From positions 3,534,001-3,598,000 of the forward strand of contig CM052830.1 of assembly GCA_028534125.1 (NCBI GenBank): a DNA stretch of 64,000 nucleotides, read 5' to 3'. This stretch comes from Lama glama. Its lineage: Eukaryota. Below the pieces are notes generated by a model. That model was not told where the DNA came from, made no database searches, and worked only from the letters and a program-made list of their open reading frames with translations. Both the position numbers and the translations under genes were made by a program. Shown here in pieces: positions 26,601-38,600 of this stretch. How positions within the stretch are numbered: position 1 is the first letter of the stretch; each line of letters begins with the position of its first letter.

Positions 26601-29600
26601 TGTCATTGTCATCATCATAGTGCTACTGCTTGATGATTTATTGCCAAAAAGTTCTGGAACTTGACTTAATGTGCGGGCTCACCAGCATCTCGTCTGGGGT
26701 TTGGACAGTGATTCCAGTGCTGTGGGTCTGGTGTCTTTCTTCTGGATGGTACAGGGCAACAAGTAGAGGAAATAGACCTAAACTTGAAATTTTGCTCATT
26801 TTGAAGTAAGAGAAATTTTGGTTTGATGTCTCCTTTAAGAGAAGATTTATGACATGTCCTTGGGATTTTTTTTTCTCTAGTGGTAGATTGACTAATTTGC
26901 ATTAATGAAATAATTTAGATTTTAGAGTTTGCATTTGACTAAGAATTTAGGGGTTTTTTTAGAAATATAATTTTGACCCTTGGACACTGTTGGTGGAAAT
27001 GTAAAATGGTTTAGCTGCTAGGAAAAACAGTGAGGTATTTCCTCAAAAGATAAAAAGTAAAATTACCCTATGATCCTGTAGTTCTACTTCTGGGTATATA
27101 TATATACCCAAAGAATTGAAGGCAAGGACTCTAAGAGATATTTGTACGCCCATGTTCACAACGGTACTGTTCTCGATGGCCAAAAGGTTGGAGCAATCCA
27201 GGTGTCCATGGATAGAAGAATGGAAAAACAAAATGCAGTCTGTACAAAGGGTGGAATATTATTCAGCCTTGAAAAGGAAAGACTTCCTGACACCCACCAC
27301 AATAGTTGAACTCTGAGGACATTGTGCTCAGTGAAGTCACAAAAAGACAAATCTTGTATGATTCCACTTCTACGAAATACCTAGAGTAAATTGACAGAGA
27401 CAATTGGTGATTGCCAGGGGCCAGGGGCAGAGGGAAGAGGAAGTTAGAGTTTAATGTGGACAGAGTTTCAGTCTTATAAGATGAAAAGAGTTCTGGAGAT
27501 GGGTGACAGTGATGGCTGCACAATAACGTGAAAGTATTAATGCCATTGAACTGTTGTTAACAATGGTTATTTAAGATGGCCGATGTTATGTTATAGACAT
27601 CTTACCACAATTAAGAATAATAATAAAGGAGGAGGGTATAGCTCAGTGGTAGAGTGTGTGCTTAGCATGCACGAGGTCCTGGGTTCAATCCCCAGCACCT
27701 CCATTAAAAAAATAAATGAATAAATAAACCTAATTACCTATCCCCCAAAAGAATAATAATAAATAATAACTTTTTAGAAGTATGAAAGCATATGTTATGG
27801 CAGAAAAGCTCAATTAAATTATATCTGTCTGCAACCAGATACATACCTCTAGACACATGCATTTTACCAAATTGTATCATATTGTATCTCCAGGTGTGTA
27901 TCTTGGTTTGTTTTTCTAACACCTGAAAACACCATCTTGACCTTTAACTTCCGGTTTACAGGTTTGCAATGGTTTGGAGCAGCCACGGAAGCAGCAGCGT
28001 TCTGATCTCAATGGACCAGTTGACAATAACAACATCCCAGAGGTAACTTTTCCAAGGATGAGGGTTCTCGCCAAGGGTCCTGACGTTGGAGCTGCCTGCC
28101 CCGTACTTTCTCTGCTCGCCTTCTGCAAGATGGTCCTGTCCCACCTGATGCCTGGGAGGGAGGGAGGAAGTCTGCTTAAGCAAAGTCTGGTGTCCCTGTT
28201 GGAGGAGGTGGTGAGGGCCACTGGCTCTGGAGGAGGAGGAGAAGGCCCTTTCCTGTGGATCCAGGCCCCCACTGTGGCGTGTTTGTGTTTTGCCTGTGGT
28301 GCGTGGGGCGGGGGGTCACCGGTGCTCCCCGATTGGACAGAAATTCACTCTATCCTGTTATCTAACAATCATGTCCTAAAACAAGGTTACTCAGCGGAGG
28401 CACCATTGACATCTGGGACCAGATCTTTCCTTGTGAAGGGCTGTCCTTTGCATCCCTGTCCTCTACCTACTAGGTGCCAGTAGCAACCCTCCTCCCCAAG
28501 TTGTGACCACCAAAGATTCTACAGATATTGCCAAGTGTCCCCTTGGAGACAAAAACCATTCAGACAGGAGAACCACTATCCTAACTGACTACGTGATTTA
28601 AAAAAACAATCCCGTGTGTACACCGCCATGATGGAGGTTATTAAAGTGAGGCCTTAAGCAGGTGATTTTCCTTTTCTGGATTACATAATCCGGATGAGAT
28701 TTTTCTAACTTTGATGAAATAACTATGACCACCCATGGTGTGGTGTCCAACCGCCTTTATCTTGGTTTTAAAGATATGCCCTGGTAACATTCTTTTTCTT
28801 TTCTTTCTTTTTTTATACTTTTTTTTATTGAGTTACAGTCATTTTACAATGTTGTGTCAAATTCCAGTGCAGAGAACAGTTTTTCAGTTACACGTGAACA
28901 TACATATATTCACAGTCACATTGTTTTTTGCTGTGAGCTACCACGAGATCTTGTGTATATCTTCCTGTGCTACACAGTATGCCCTGGTAATTTTCATACC
29001 CCCAGTTGGAGAACTGTTGGGTGTATGGTCCCTAGTTTCTTTTTCTAGCAGTGACCTGCTAATCTGGGGGTCCCTAGGTTTTAGCTGATGGTCTTTTGTA
29101 GCCCAAATTTTCCCATGAGAATTGGTTGCATATACCCCACCCAAACATCATGGTGCCTGACAGACAATGGTTTTCCCCATGGAGCTGATTCCTGGAAGCA
29201 CCAGTCACTCATGGGGTTTAGCTTTTCACATTATGGTAATCATCTCAGCCTAGATCTTATGGGCCAACTACTTACCTCTGTTCTCTGTGTGTGTGTGTTT
29301 TCATATTTCCTAACAGACAAAGAAGGTGGCGTCATTCCCAAGCTTTGTGGCTGGTAAGTGACTGAACTTTCTTTCAAGGGGCAGTTGCATTTTTATGTCA
29401 AAGCAAAGGGTACTTTTACTTTTGGTTTTCTCCTGCAAAGCTTGTTTGGTAAGCGCACCTTCAAGGTGAAGACAGTTCTATAATAAGACAAGGTGCTCGG
29501 GCATTTGATGGAACCCTTCATAAGCCCATGTCATCAGTGGGAGCGGGAGGTCCAGTTGCTCAGGGAACAGGAGACTCCCATTTAATTACACCTTCAGTAA

Positions 29601-32600
29601 CGGCCTCACCCATGACACTGAGGATTAAATTAATGGATTGAGATGTATCCGTATAAGCAGCTAATTACGATCTAAGACTTTTGATTAGGGTGGATATAAT
29701 TGCACCCAAATTCAGGATGTTATTTATTTTTTTAAGACTCTATTTCTTTCCACTCTCCTATCTTTTTTGAGGAGGTTAATACTGCATTCCCACATTTAAT
29801 TAAAAAACCCCAGCAGATCTGTTCTGTATTACTTTGGTGTGGAATGCATGCCTGCTTGGCTGTTATCCGAAGGGGAGTCAGGTGACCTCTGACAGCTCCT
29901 TGGGGATGTGCTCCAAGCACACAGTAAAGAGACTCTTAAATAGAGTCTTTCTCTTTACCAGGAGGCTGTTTCCTGTTCTTGCTAGTATGTTACAATAAAC
30001 AGTGTGAAACTTACTAATTCTTTCAATAAGCTAGTGATTAATTTTCGTGAGTATTTATGGGAGCAAGTTCAGTTCATCTTCAAAAATAAGTAACTTTAAA
30101 CCTTTTCTACTCTGGTTTTCTTTTTTTTTTAGTAAAGAATTAACATCTGGGAAAGTCCAGCCCTCAAATTCCCTTTCAAGGGACTGGTTTGAACCAGGCT
30201 AACCCAGTTCAGACTGGTTAAAAATGAATTCTCTGGCTCAACCTTGTTGTGATGAGTTCAACATTAAACTGGCTCAGTATTGTTCAAATTGGATAAAAAC
30301 CAGCTTTGAACTGTCAGAACCCATATCATACGATTCAAATAACCTTGACTCCATCCTGACCGATTCAAAGAGGCTCAAATGTGTTGTGCCCAGCAATTTC
30401 ATGTGGTGGTAGGTACAGTTTAGCTGGATAAAACTGGTTGTACTGCTTCGCATTAGGTCACTATGGATCATGGAGATTCCAGTCCAACTTGCTAGTTGTG
30501 GTTTTTTCGGGACCTAATGACTGGCAGGACTCAGCATCTCGTTCACAGGGAAGATGCAGCACATCCCGGATCCGGGGTCCTTGGTCGGAAGACCAGGGTG
30601 GGGCTGTGCCTGTCACATTGTTCTGGGGATAGAGTTTCTTGTGGATTCAAGAAGTTCACTTTTCTTTCTTTTTTAACATTGAAATATAGTCGGTTTACAA
30701 TGTTGTGTTAGTTTCTGGTGTACAACATAGTGATTCATATATATATATGTATTCATATATATATATATCCCTTTCCATATTCTTTTTCATTATAGGCTAT
30801 TACAAGATATTGAATATAGTTCCCTGTGCTATGCAGTAGATCTTTGGTATTTATCTATTTTATTTATAGTAGTTTGTATCTGCAAATCCCAAACTCCCAA
30901 TTTAGCCCTCCCCATCCCCTTACCCCCCTGGTAACCATTAGTTTGTTTTCTATATCTGTGAGTCTGTTTCTGTTTTGTGAATGAGTTTATTTGTGTCTTT
31001 TTTCTTTTTTGAGATTCCACATATAAGTGATACCATATGGTATTTTTCTTTCTCTTTCTGGCTTGTTTTACTTAATGTGACGATCTCTAGGCCACCCATG
31101 TTGCTGCAAAAGGCATTATTTTAAAACCTTTTTTATGGCTGAGTGGTATTCCGTTGTGTATACACCACAAAAGAAGTTCACTTTTCCGCATATCTTTTCA
31201 TGGTGTCCTTTGGGCAAAACTCCCTCAAGTTTGTCTGGGGGAGTGATTTGGACACTAGGCTCTGCTGGCTTCTGACTCGGCCTCACACCTGCAGGGGAGG
31301 GGAGTGGAGAGGGACACAGAAGTAGTGTCAGTGCCTAGGTGCCTTGGGTCCCACCTCTAGGTGCCAGCATTCCAGAAGACAGCCTGCTCTGTCTGAGTTC
31401 AGACTGTTCTACACCAAATGAGAACGATTCCTCCAACCAATGCAGAGTGGCTAATGCTTCTTGTACCCAGCTCAAACCAGCGCAGACAACCTTAATTCAG
31501 ACTTTCATATACAAGAGAAGCCCTTTGATCGTTGTGAAAACATAGAGGTCTGACAGCAAAAACACATCCCTTAATAGGAGAGGATTCATTTTCAACAGCG
31601 ACTTCAAGGACCAAAAATCTTACTCAGCGGCAGGAAGAGATAGTGATGAAAAACCCTAGCATGTAATGAATGTGGGATCCATCCCCAGTTTGATACCTTT
31701 ATCAGTTAGGGATGCCACCTACTGTGAGCTCACAGGGAAGCTTCTTGTTTAAAGAGGTCCAGAGGCTAGGGGCTGCTGGGTCGATGGCTCCGTGATGTCA
31801 GGTCTGAGCTCCCCCTGCCCTTGCCATCCTGCCTGAGCAGCCCGTTGTGTGCAGCGGGAGAGGGCATGCTTCCCTGGTGAAGACACACACCCCACGTTCC
31901 AGGGAGTCCACCAAGGAGAACCTTCTGGATGTCAGAGCTGCTGGCCCCTCTCAGGCTCAGAGTCCCAGAGGCCTCGAGGGAAGAGCCCTGTGGTGACCAC
32001 AGTCCATGGGAAAACGCTGGCCATCCCAGACCCTCATGGTCTGGAAGGTTGACACTGCAGGGTACCCCTGGCGGGAGGGCCTGCACAGAGCTCTCTCCCC
32101 TTTGCCAGCACAGTGAGAAACGGCAGGCAGCCCCAGGGTGTCCCCTCCCTCAGGACATGGAGGCGGCGGCAGCCTGCATCCAAGTGGGCCAGATGGTCAT
32201 CGGCTTCTGAGCGAGTGTATGTGAAAGTCTCACTTTTTTATAAAATCAGAAATGTGCTCACTAAAGCCAAAGGTTGGAAGAATGGAGCCCAACAGTGGCA
32301 CTTCAGCACAAAACATCAAAGGCTGATAGATCGTGTTTGGTCCCTCACACTGTTTTCCTCCTGGTCCAGCAGCTAAGGCTCTCGGAAGACATCCTGAAAC
32401 ACCCACGTCCCATTCACACTCTTCACTCCTGCGAGGATGCTGGTGGTCCTCAAGTCCCAGGGCCCCCTGAAAGGGTCCTTACACCCTGTCTATACCTTGT
32501 CAACTTCCCACCCCGGTGCTGGGAGATCCTGGGGGTCCCTGTCCCTGACTTACAGGCCAGGGGCTGAGCTCACCTCACACCTTCCTTCTCTTCGGGGTCC

Positions 32601-35600
32601 TCACTGTGGTGAAGAAGCCACTTGGCTATTTTCGTCCAGTGGGCACTTCCGATCTGAGCCTGGGTTTGCTCTTAAAATAAGCAGTTGGGGCGAACCTGTT
32701 CCAATAAGACTTTTACGTTGAAGGCAGTTCTCAGCCCATGAGAGAAGCGGGAGTCCTGAGCCCAGAACAGTCCTGGGCAGACTGGTGACCAGTAGATCTG
32801 AGATGCTCTGGTTCAGATGACAAAAGTCAGGTAAACCTGGGAGGCCAGGAGGGAGCAGAGGATACAAAGAGTGATTCTGAAAACAAGAAAGACTTTTCCT
32901 TGTTACAAACGAACAAAGGAACATCTTGTCAAAATCTTGTCTCCAGTATTCCATTTGGTCAGCATGAACAGGGCTTGGACCTATCTTAAAATAGGAACTT
33001 CCGTTCTCTAAGGTTTGGTAAGATTTCTCTGAACTGTGCTTGGTTCAAGCCAATAGCCAATAAGAATATAAAACCTACCCTGGAAATCCCTGTAGTACCT
33101 CCTTTTCTGTCTGCACACCCCAGGCCCCTAATCCCTGTCTGCTGCGGAAGCCACTACTGAATTTCTGGTGAAGCCTTCCAGAAATTTCCTGGACATATGT
33201 AAGCCTATATAGAGACCTTTTTTCTTAAAAGAGGTATTGCACTGGCCACATGGGTCTGCACTAAGCTTTCTCATTCCTTGGTCGATCTCGGAGACAACAG
33301 CTAGAGATCCACCTAATTAAGAGAAAGCACGGGATTCAGTTACCAGGACGTGTTATGGTGCATTAACCAGTGCCCTACAGACTGATGGTTAGGTGGTTTC
33401 TGGTCAGCACCGCAGTGAGCAGCCTCAGGGACGTGTCTTTGTGTTCAGATGTGAGTTACCTGTCTATTTTCGAATTTTATTTTTAATTGTTGTGTAGTTT
33501 CAGGAGTACAGCAAAGTGATTCAGTTGTATGTACACATATATGTACATTTTTTCAGATTATTTTTCATTGTATGTTTTTCTTTCAATGGAGGCAGTGAGG
33601 ATTGAACCCAGGACCTCATGCATGCTAAGCATGCACTCTACCACTGAGCTATATACCCTTCCCTCTCCATTATATGTTATTACAAGAAATTAAATATAGC
33701 TCCCTGTGCTATACAGTAGGACCTTGTTGTTTACCTATTTTATATATATGTAGTATATTTCTTATATATATAAAGTAATGTGTATGTGTTAATCCCAAAC
33801 TCCTAATTTATCCCTCCCTGCCCTTTCCCCTTTGGTAACCATAGTTTTATTTTCTATGTCCATGAGTCTATTTCTGGTTTGTAAATAAAATTTCTATCAT
33901 TTTTTAGATTCCACATGTAAATGATATCATATGATANNNNNNNNNNNNNNNNNNNNNNNNNNNNNNNNNNNNNNNNNNNNNNNNNNNNNNNNNNNNNNNN
34001 NNNNNNNNNNNNNNNNNNNNNNNNNNNNNNNNNNNNNNNNNNNNNNNNNNNNNNNNNNNNNNNNNNNNNNNNNNNNNNNNNNNNNNNNNNNNNNNNNNNN
34101 NNNNNNNNNNNNNNNNNNNNNNNNNNNNNNNNNNNNNNNNNNNNNNNNNNGTACATGTATCTTTTCGAATTAGAGTTNNNNNNNNNNNNNNNNNNNNNNN
34201 NNNNNNNNNNNNNNNNNNNNNNNNNNNNNNNNNNNNNNNNNNNNNNNNNNNNNNNNNNNNNNNNNNNNNNNNNNNNNNNNNNNNNNNNNNNNNNNNNNNN
34301 NNNNNNNNNNNNNNNNNNNNNNNNNNNNNNNNNNNNNNNNNNNNNNNNNNNNACTTTCNNNNNNNNNNNNNNNNNNNNNNNNNNNNNNNNNNNNNNNNNN
34401 NNNNNNNNNNNNNNNNNNNNNNNNNNNNNNNNNNNNNNNNNNNNNNNNNNNNNNNNNNNNNNNNNNNNNNNNNNNNNNNNNNNNNNNATTGCTTGTTTAG
34501 GTCTTCTGCCCATTTTTGAATTGGGTTGGGTTTCTTTTATGAAGTTGTATGATCTGTTAATATATTCTGGATGCTTTTCAAATTTTAATCTTGTTTTATA
34601 ATTATATAAAATTCTTACAGGGTTCAAAAATCAAATATTTAAAACAGGGTATATGCAGAGATATCTGGTTTCTTCCCCTATGACCCCTTCCCCCAAATCC
34701 TTTTCTCCCACAACAGGTAAGCATTTTTAACATCGCCCGTATTTTAATTATAAGCCTATCTTCCCCTTTCTTAGGTGATGAGTTAAACACCCTTTTCTTC
34801 ATCTTGCTCTTTTCGCTGAATCCTAAATCCAAGAGATGATACCAAATTCCCCCCACAGGGCAGAGTGTAGAGGACTCTGTGATGCTCCAGAGACCCCGCT
34901 GTGCAGACCGGATGTCCCTGTGTGGAAACAGTTGGGCGGTTTCCAGTTTTTTTGTTTTTTTTTTTTGCTGTTACAAATAGCACTGCAGCAGACAGCCTCA
35001 TGTCTACGCCTTTTCCTCTTTTGGCCAGATTTTTTTATTCTTCTACTTTTTTCTGGGAAGGAATTCTCCCAAGCACAACAGGCTTCTGCCCAGGACCTGT
35101 CTTGGGAAGATTTATGCACTGAATTGGGCTTGGCTTTGACCTTCCTTCCTTGACTCCCAGTTTTTGAATTGCCTCCTGCCGGTGGCCAGTGTCTGCTGCC
35201 CCACCTGGTGGATCCCGCAGACCTTTCCTCAGTGATGCCCAGACTCGCCCTGCAGATCCCGGCGTGGCCTCTCCCTAGAAGTGACACACAGGTCTGGTTT
35301 TCAGACAGCGTCTTCTCTCTCTCTTTTTTTTAATTAAAATTTTTTCTTTTACTTTATTTTTTAATTTTTGAGAGGTGGGTAATTAGGTTATTTATTTTTT
35401 AATGGAGGTCCTGGAGATTGAACCCAGGACTTGGTGCACGCTGAGCACACGCTCTACCACTGAGCTATGCTCTCCCTCCTCCAGCATCTTCTCTTTTATG
35501 TCAGTCTTACAGGACCCCTTTAACCTTCAGTGGTTTCTCACAGGCACAGCCCCAGGGCTCTAGGACATCGTCTGGCTCTGGGACAGGCTGGTGTGGTAGG

Positions 35601-38600
35601 AGAGGCATTGGAGGCAGGCAGAACCCATCCATGGCCCCGATGTCACACCCTAGGTCTGCCCTGATGCCCAGTTTCGTGAGTCTTATGTTCCTCCCCTCCT
35701 GCCTCCTCTCCCCACTGCAGACCCCTCCCAGGGCAGCTCTTCCACTGGTCTGGGTGTGGCCTGGACGTGGCCTCCGTGCTCCTGCTCCCCGTCTCTCCTC
35801 CACACCCCGTCGAATCAGGGCTGCGGCTCCTCCTCTGCTCTTTGGAGCCCCAGCCAGTCCATCTAACATCATTTCTCCCCTGTGTCTTCCACTCCCCCTC
35901 CCACTGCCTTCCAAACCCAGCGTCCGGTCCTGCATCCATCCATGTCATCACTGCCCCTTCTTCGTCTTCCCAACTGGCATTTGGGATCAGCTGCCTCCTT
36001 CCTGATCATCCCTCATGCTCCTGAAGCCCTCTGTGCAGGGTCAGTGCTCCAAGGTCACTGCCAGCTTCCTTATCCCTCTGCTCGACAAGCACCCGGGCGC
36101 CTTTCCTCCTCCCACCAGCCCGAGGTGCAGCCGGGCACACCTCCCTTAATAAGGCCCTTCCTTTCCTGGACTCCCTCCACCTTCTGTCTGTCTGCCTTTC
36201 TTGCCATTTCTCCTTTCAACGCCTGGATGGAGAGCACTGGAGCTGGCAGAGCCCAGCCCCACCTAGCGCACCCCCCCACCCGCCTTGATGATTCTTTCCC
36301 CCATGTGGCTCCACTTGGTACCGACACGCAGTTCCCTGGGACTCCCGAGTCGCGCTGCCTTCTGAGCTTTTGGGGATACTCTGGGCTCCTGCCACTAGAC
36401 CTGCCCGGAATCCCCACCCCGAGCTCAGCCCTCTCCCAGGGCCCCTCCACAGTGAGTCGCAGCCCTCCTCTTCCCCCTCCAGTCCCCCTCCCAGTCCTGT
36501 TGCTTGAACCTCCATGGTGAGTCAGTCTGTCGCTGTCTGTCTCTTTACCATCATCCTGTTCCACACCATCATCGTCATCATCATCATCCCTCACTTGCCA
36601 GGACCCTGCAGTTTGCCTCTCTGCAGCCTGAGTTACCTTCTAAAGGCAGAGAGGCTGGGCTCCTTCCCTGACCAATACCCTGTTAAGTGACAGTCCTGAG
36701 TGGGGCCGCAGGATGCTCACATTCCCACCGACATGTGCTCTGCAGCCTCGAGTAGTCCTAACCAGCTGCCCAACCCCAGGCAGTTTGCACTTCTTCCTGC
36801 CACCCCAGGGCCTTTGCACCTGCTCTTGCTACAGATTGGGAAGCTTGCTCCTCCTTCCCATCCACAGCTTGTTGATTTCCTTTCATTCTCCATGTATCTC
36901 TCTCAAAGGGCAGCCATCCCAGCTCCCTTCCTGCTGCATCTCATTGGGCACTGTGTGTTTCGTTCATGCCTCTCACCATGGGCAAAGGCAAAGGCACCCT
37001 GATACCTTTATTTTGTGACTGTGGGACCTTCGGCCCATGAGCTCCCTGTCTCCTGTCACAGCATAGGTCCTCAAGTACAAGAGCTTAGAAGTGCTTTGTG
37101 CCTGAGTCAGTGTTGGTGACCTTGGGCAAAATGATTTGACCCCACATAGACTGTTCTTATTTGTCAAATGAGGACACTGAGGTCTGCTTCATGGACTTGA
37201 GGAGGATTGGATGGAACAGATGTTGCACAGGGGTCTGGGGTGTCGAGGTGCAGGCTGCCCTCCATGGCCTTCAGACTCACACCTACACCACTGTACATGT
37301 CTGTGCTCTGCCCCCTCCCCTAGTGGTCCCCTCCAGGACCCCAGGGAGATTCAGGCACAGGTGAGTGAGACCATCTGGGCCGAGCCACTGTTTGAAGCCT
37401 CTGTTGACCACCCCCCTTCCAGATAATCACTCCCCAGGTGGCGGTGGGGAGCTTCTAGGCATGGCTCTGGGGGACCCCCACCTCTGCCCTGTTTCTCCAA
37501 TGGGTGCTTCCGATGAAGGCTTCCTCCAGCAGGGAAGACACTGAGCACCTTATTCTTCTTGTCCAAGCTGCGCAGAGATGTTCTGATACACGTGTGTACA
37601 TACTAGGCCATAGAAAGGAAATTAATAGGAGAAATCACTCTGAGGAGAGAGAATCTCCCTTAAACCTATCTCTGTTTTTTGTTGTCCTGTCTCCCTCTGG
37701 TGGCTTAGGGTTGGTTCAAGAATCTAGCAAAAGAAAAACAATTTATTCTCAAACACGCAGGGCCAGCCACTTCAGTCTTAGATGGAGGCTGTTTGATCCT
37801 TGCTCTGCATGTCATGATTGGAGTTGAGGATTGTGTCTGAGATCCTGAAATCCACGCCCCCTCATTGGCCACTCCTCTCTGCTTCCTAATGAGTGTCCAG
37901 GCGGGTGGGATGCTTGAGACACTGTTGTATGAGGTGTTTTCCATTTGAAGAAAGAGCAAGGTAGGAGTGACAGGAACCCCTGCGGAGATGGGTGTCTGCT
38001 GGGGTTGCAACAAAGCCTCTAGTCCTCCCCTGGCCTCTTCCCAGGGAGGTGTCCGTGGGTGCGGGTGGTGGACTCTACTGCCTGGAATGGGGCGTCCTTC
38101 ACAACAGCAGTCTGTACGGTGGGCCCCAGATCCGGTGAGGAGATGGGCCAGCCTTTGATAAACCTCCTCTGGGACATGGAGCGAGACAGGAGCGTGAACC
38201 TTGGGGAGGTCCGGGAGCTGACCAAGGTCACCCTGGGGAACGGGCAAGGGGGCATTAGGAGACAGAGGCCTCAGAAGGCTGACCCCTCATCCCCAGGGAT
38301 AGGGGCCACAGAGTGCCACGTGAACCCCCGCCCCATGGACATGGCAAGGGGACACTTGCCGAGGACTGGCTGAGAGTGTGGGATGGGCTGTTACTCCAGG
38401 GCTTCTGGGACCACCTGCACTTTCCCCCAGAACAGAGTGGCGGTGGGGAGGTCATACTGAGGGGCTGTGCTTACCCTGCAGGCTTAGGCTCACATCTTCC
38501 CCACTGGGGCAAGGCTCTGGAAAGGCACCCCTTCCTCCCAGTTCATGCTCCTTTCCTCCAGACACGGATGGCAGAGATGGGGCTAAGACTTGTGGGAAGT

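Noticed and set aside
27628-27705. tRNA-like sequences here and in the other SINE copies
   Set aside because: A-rich tails, TSDs and divergent stems mark them as SINE heads, not tRNA genes
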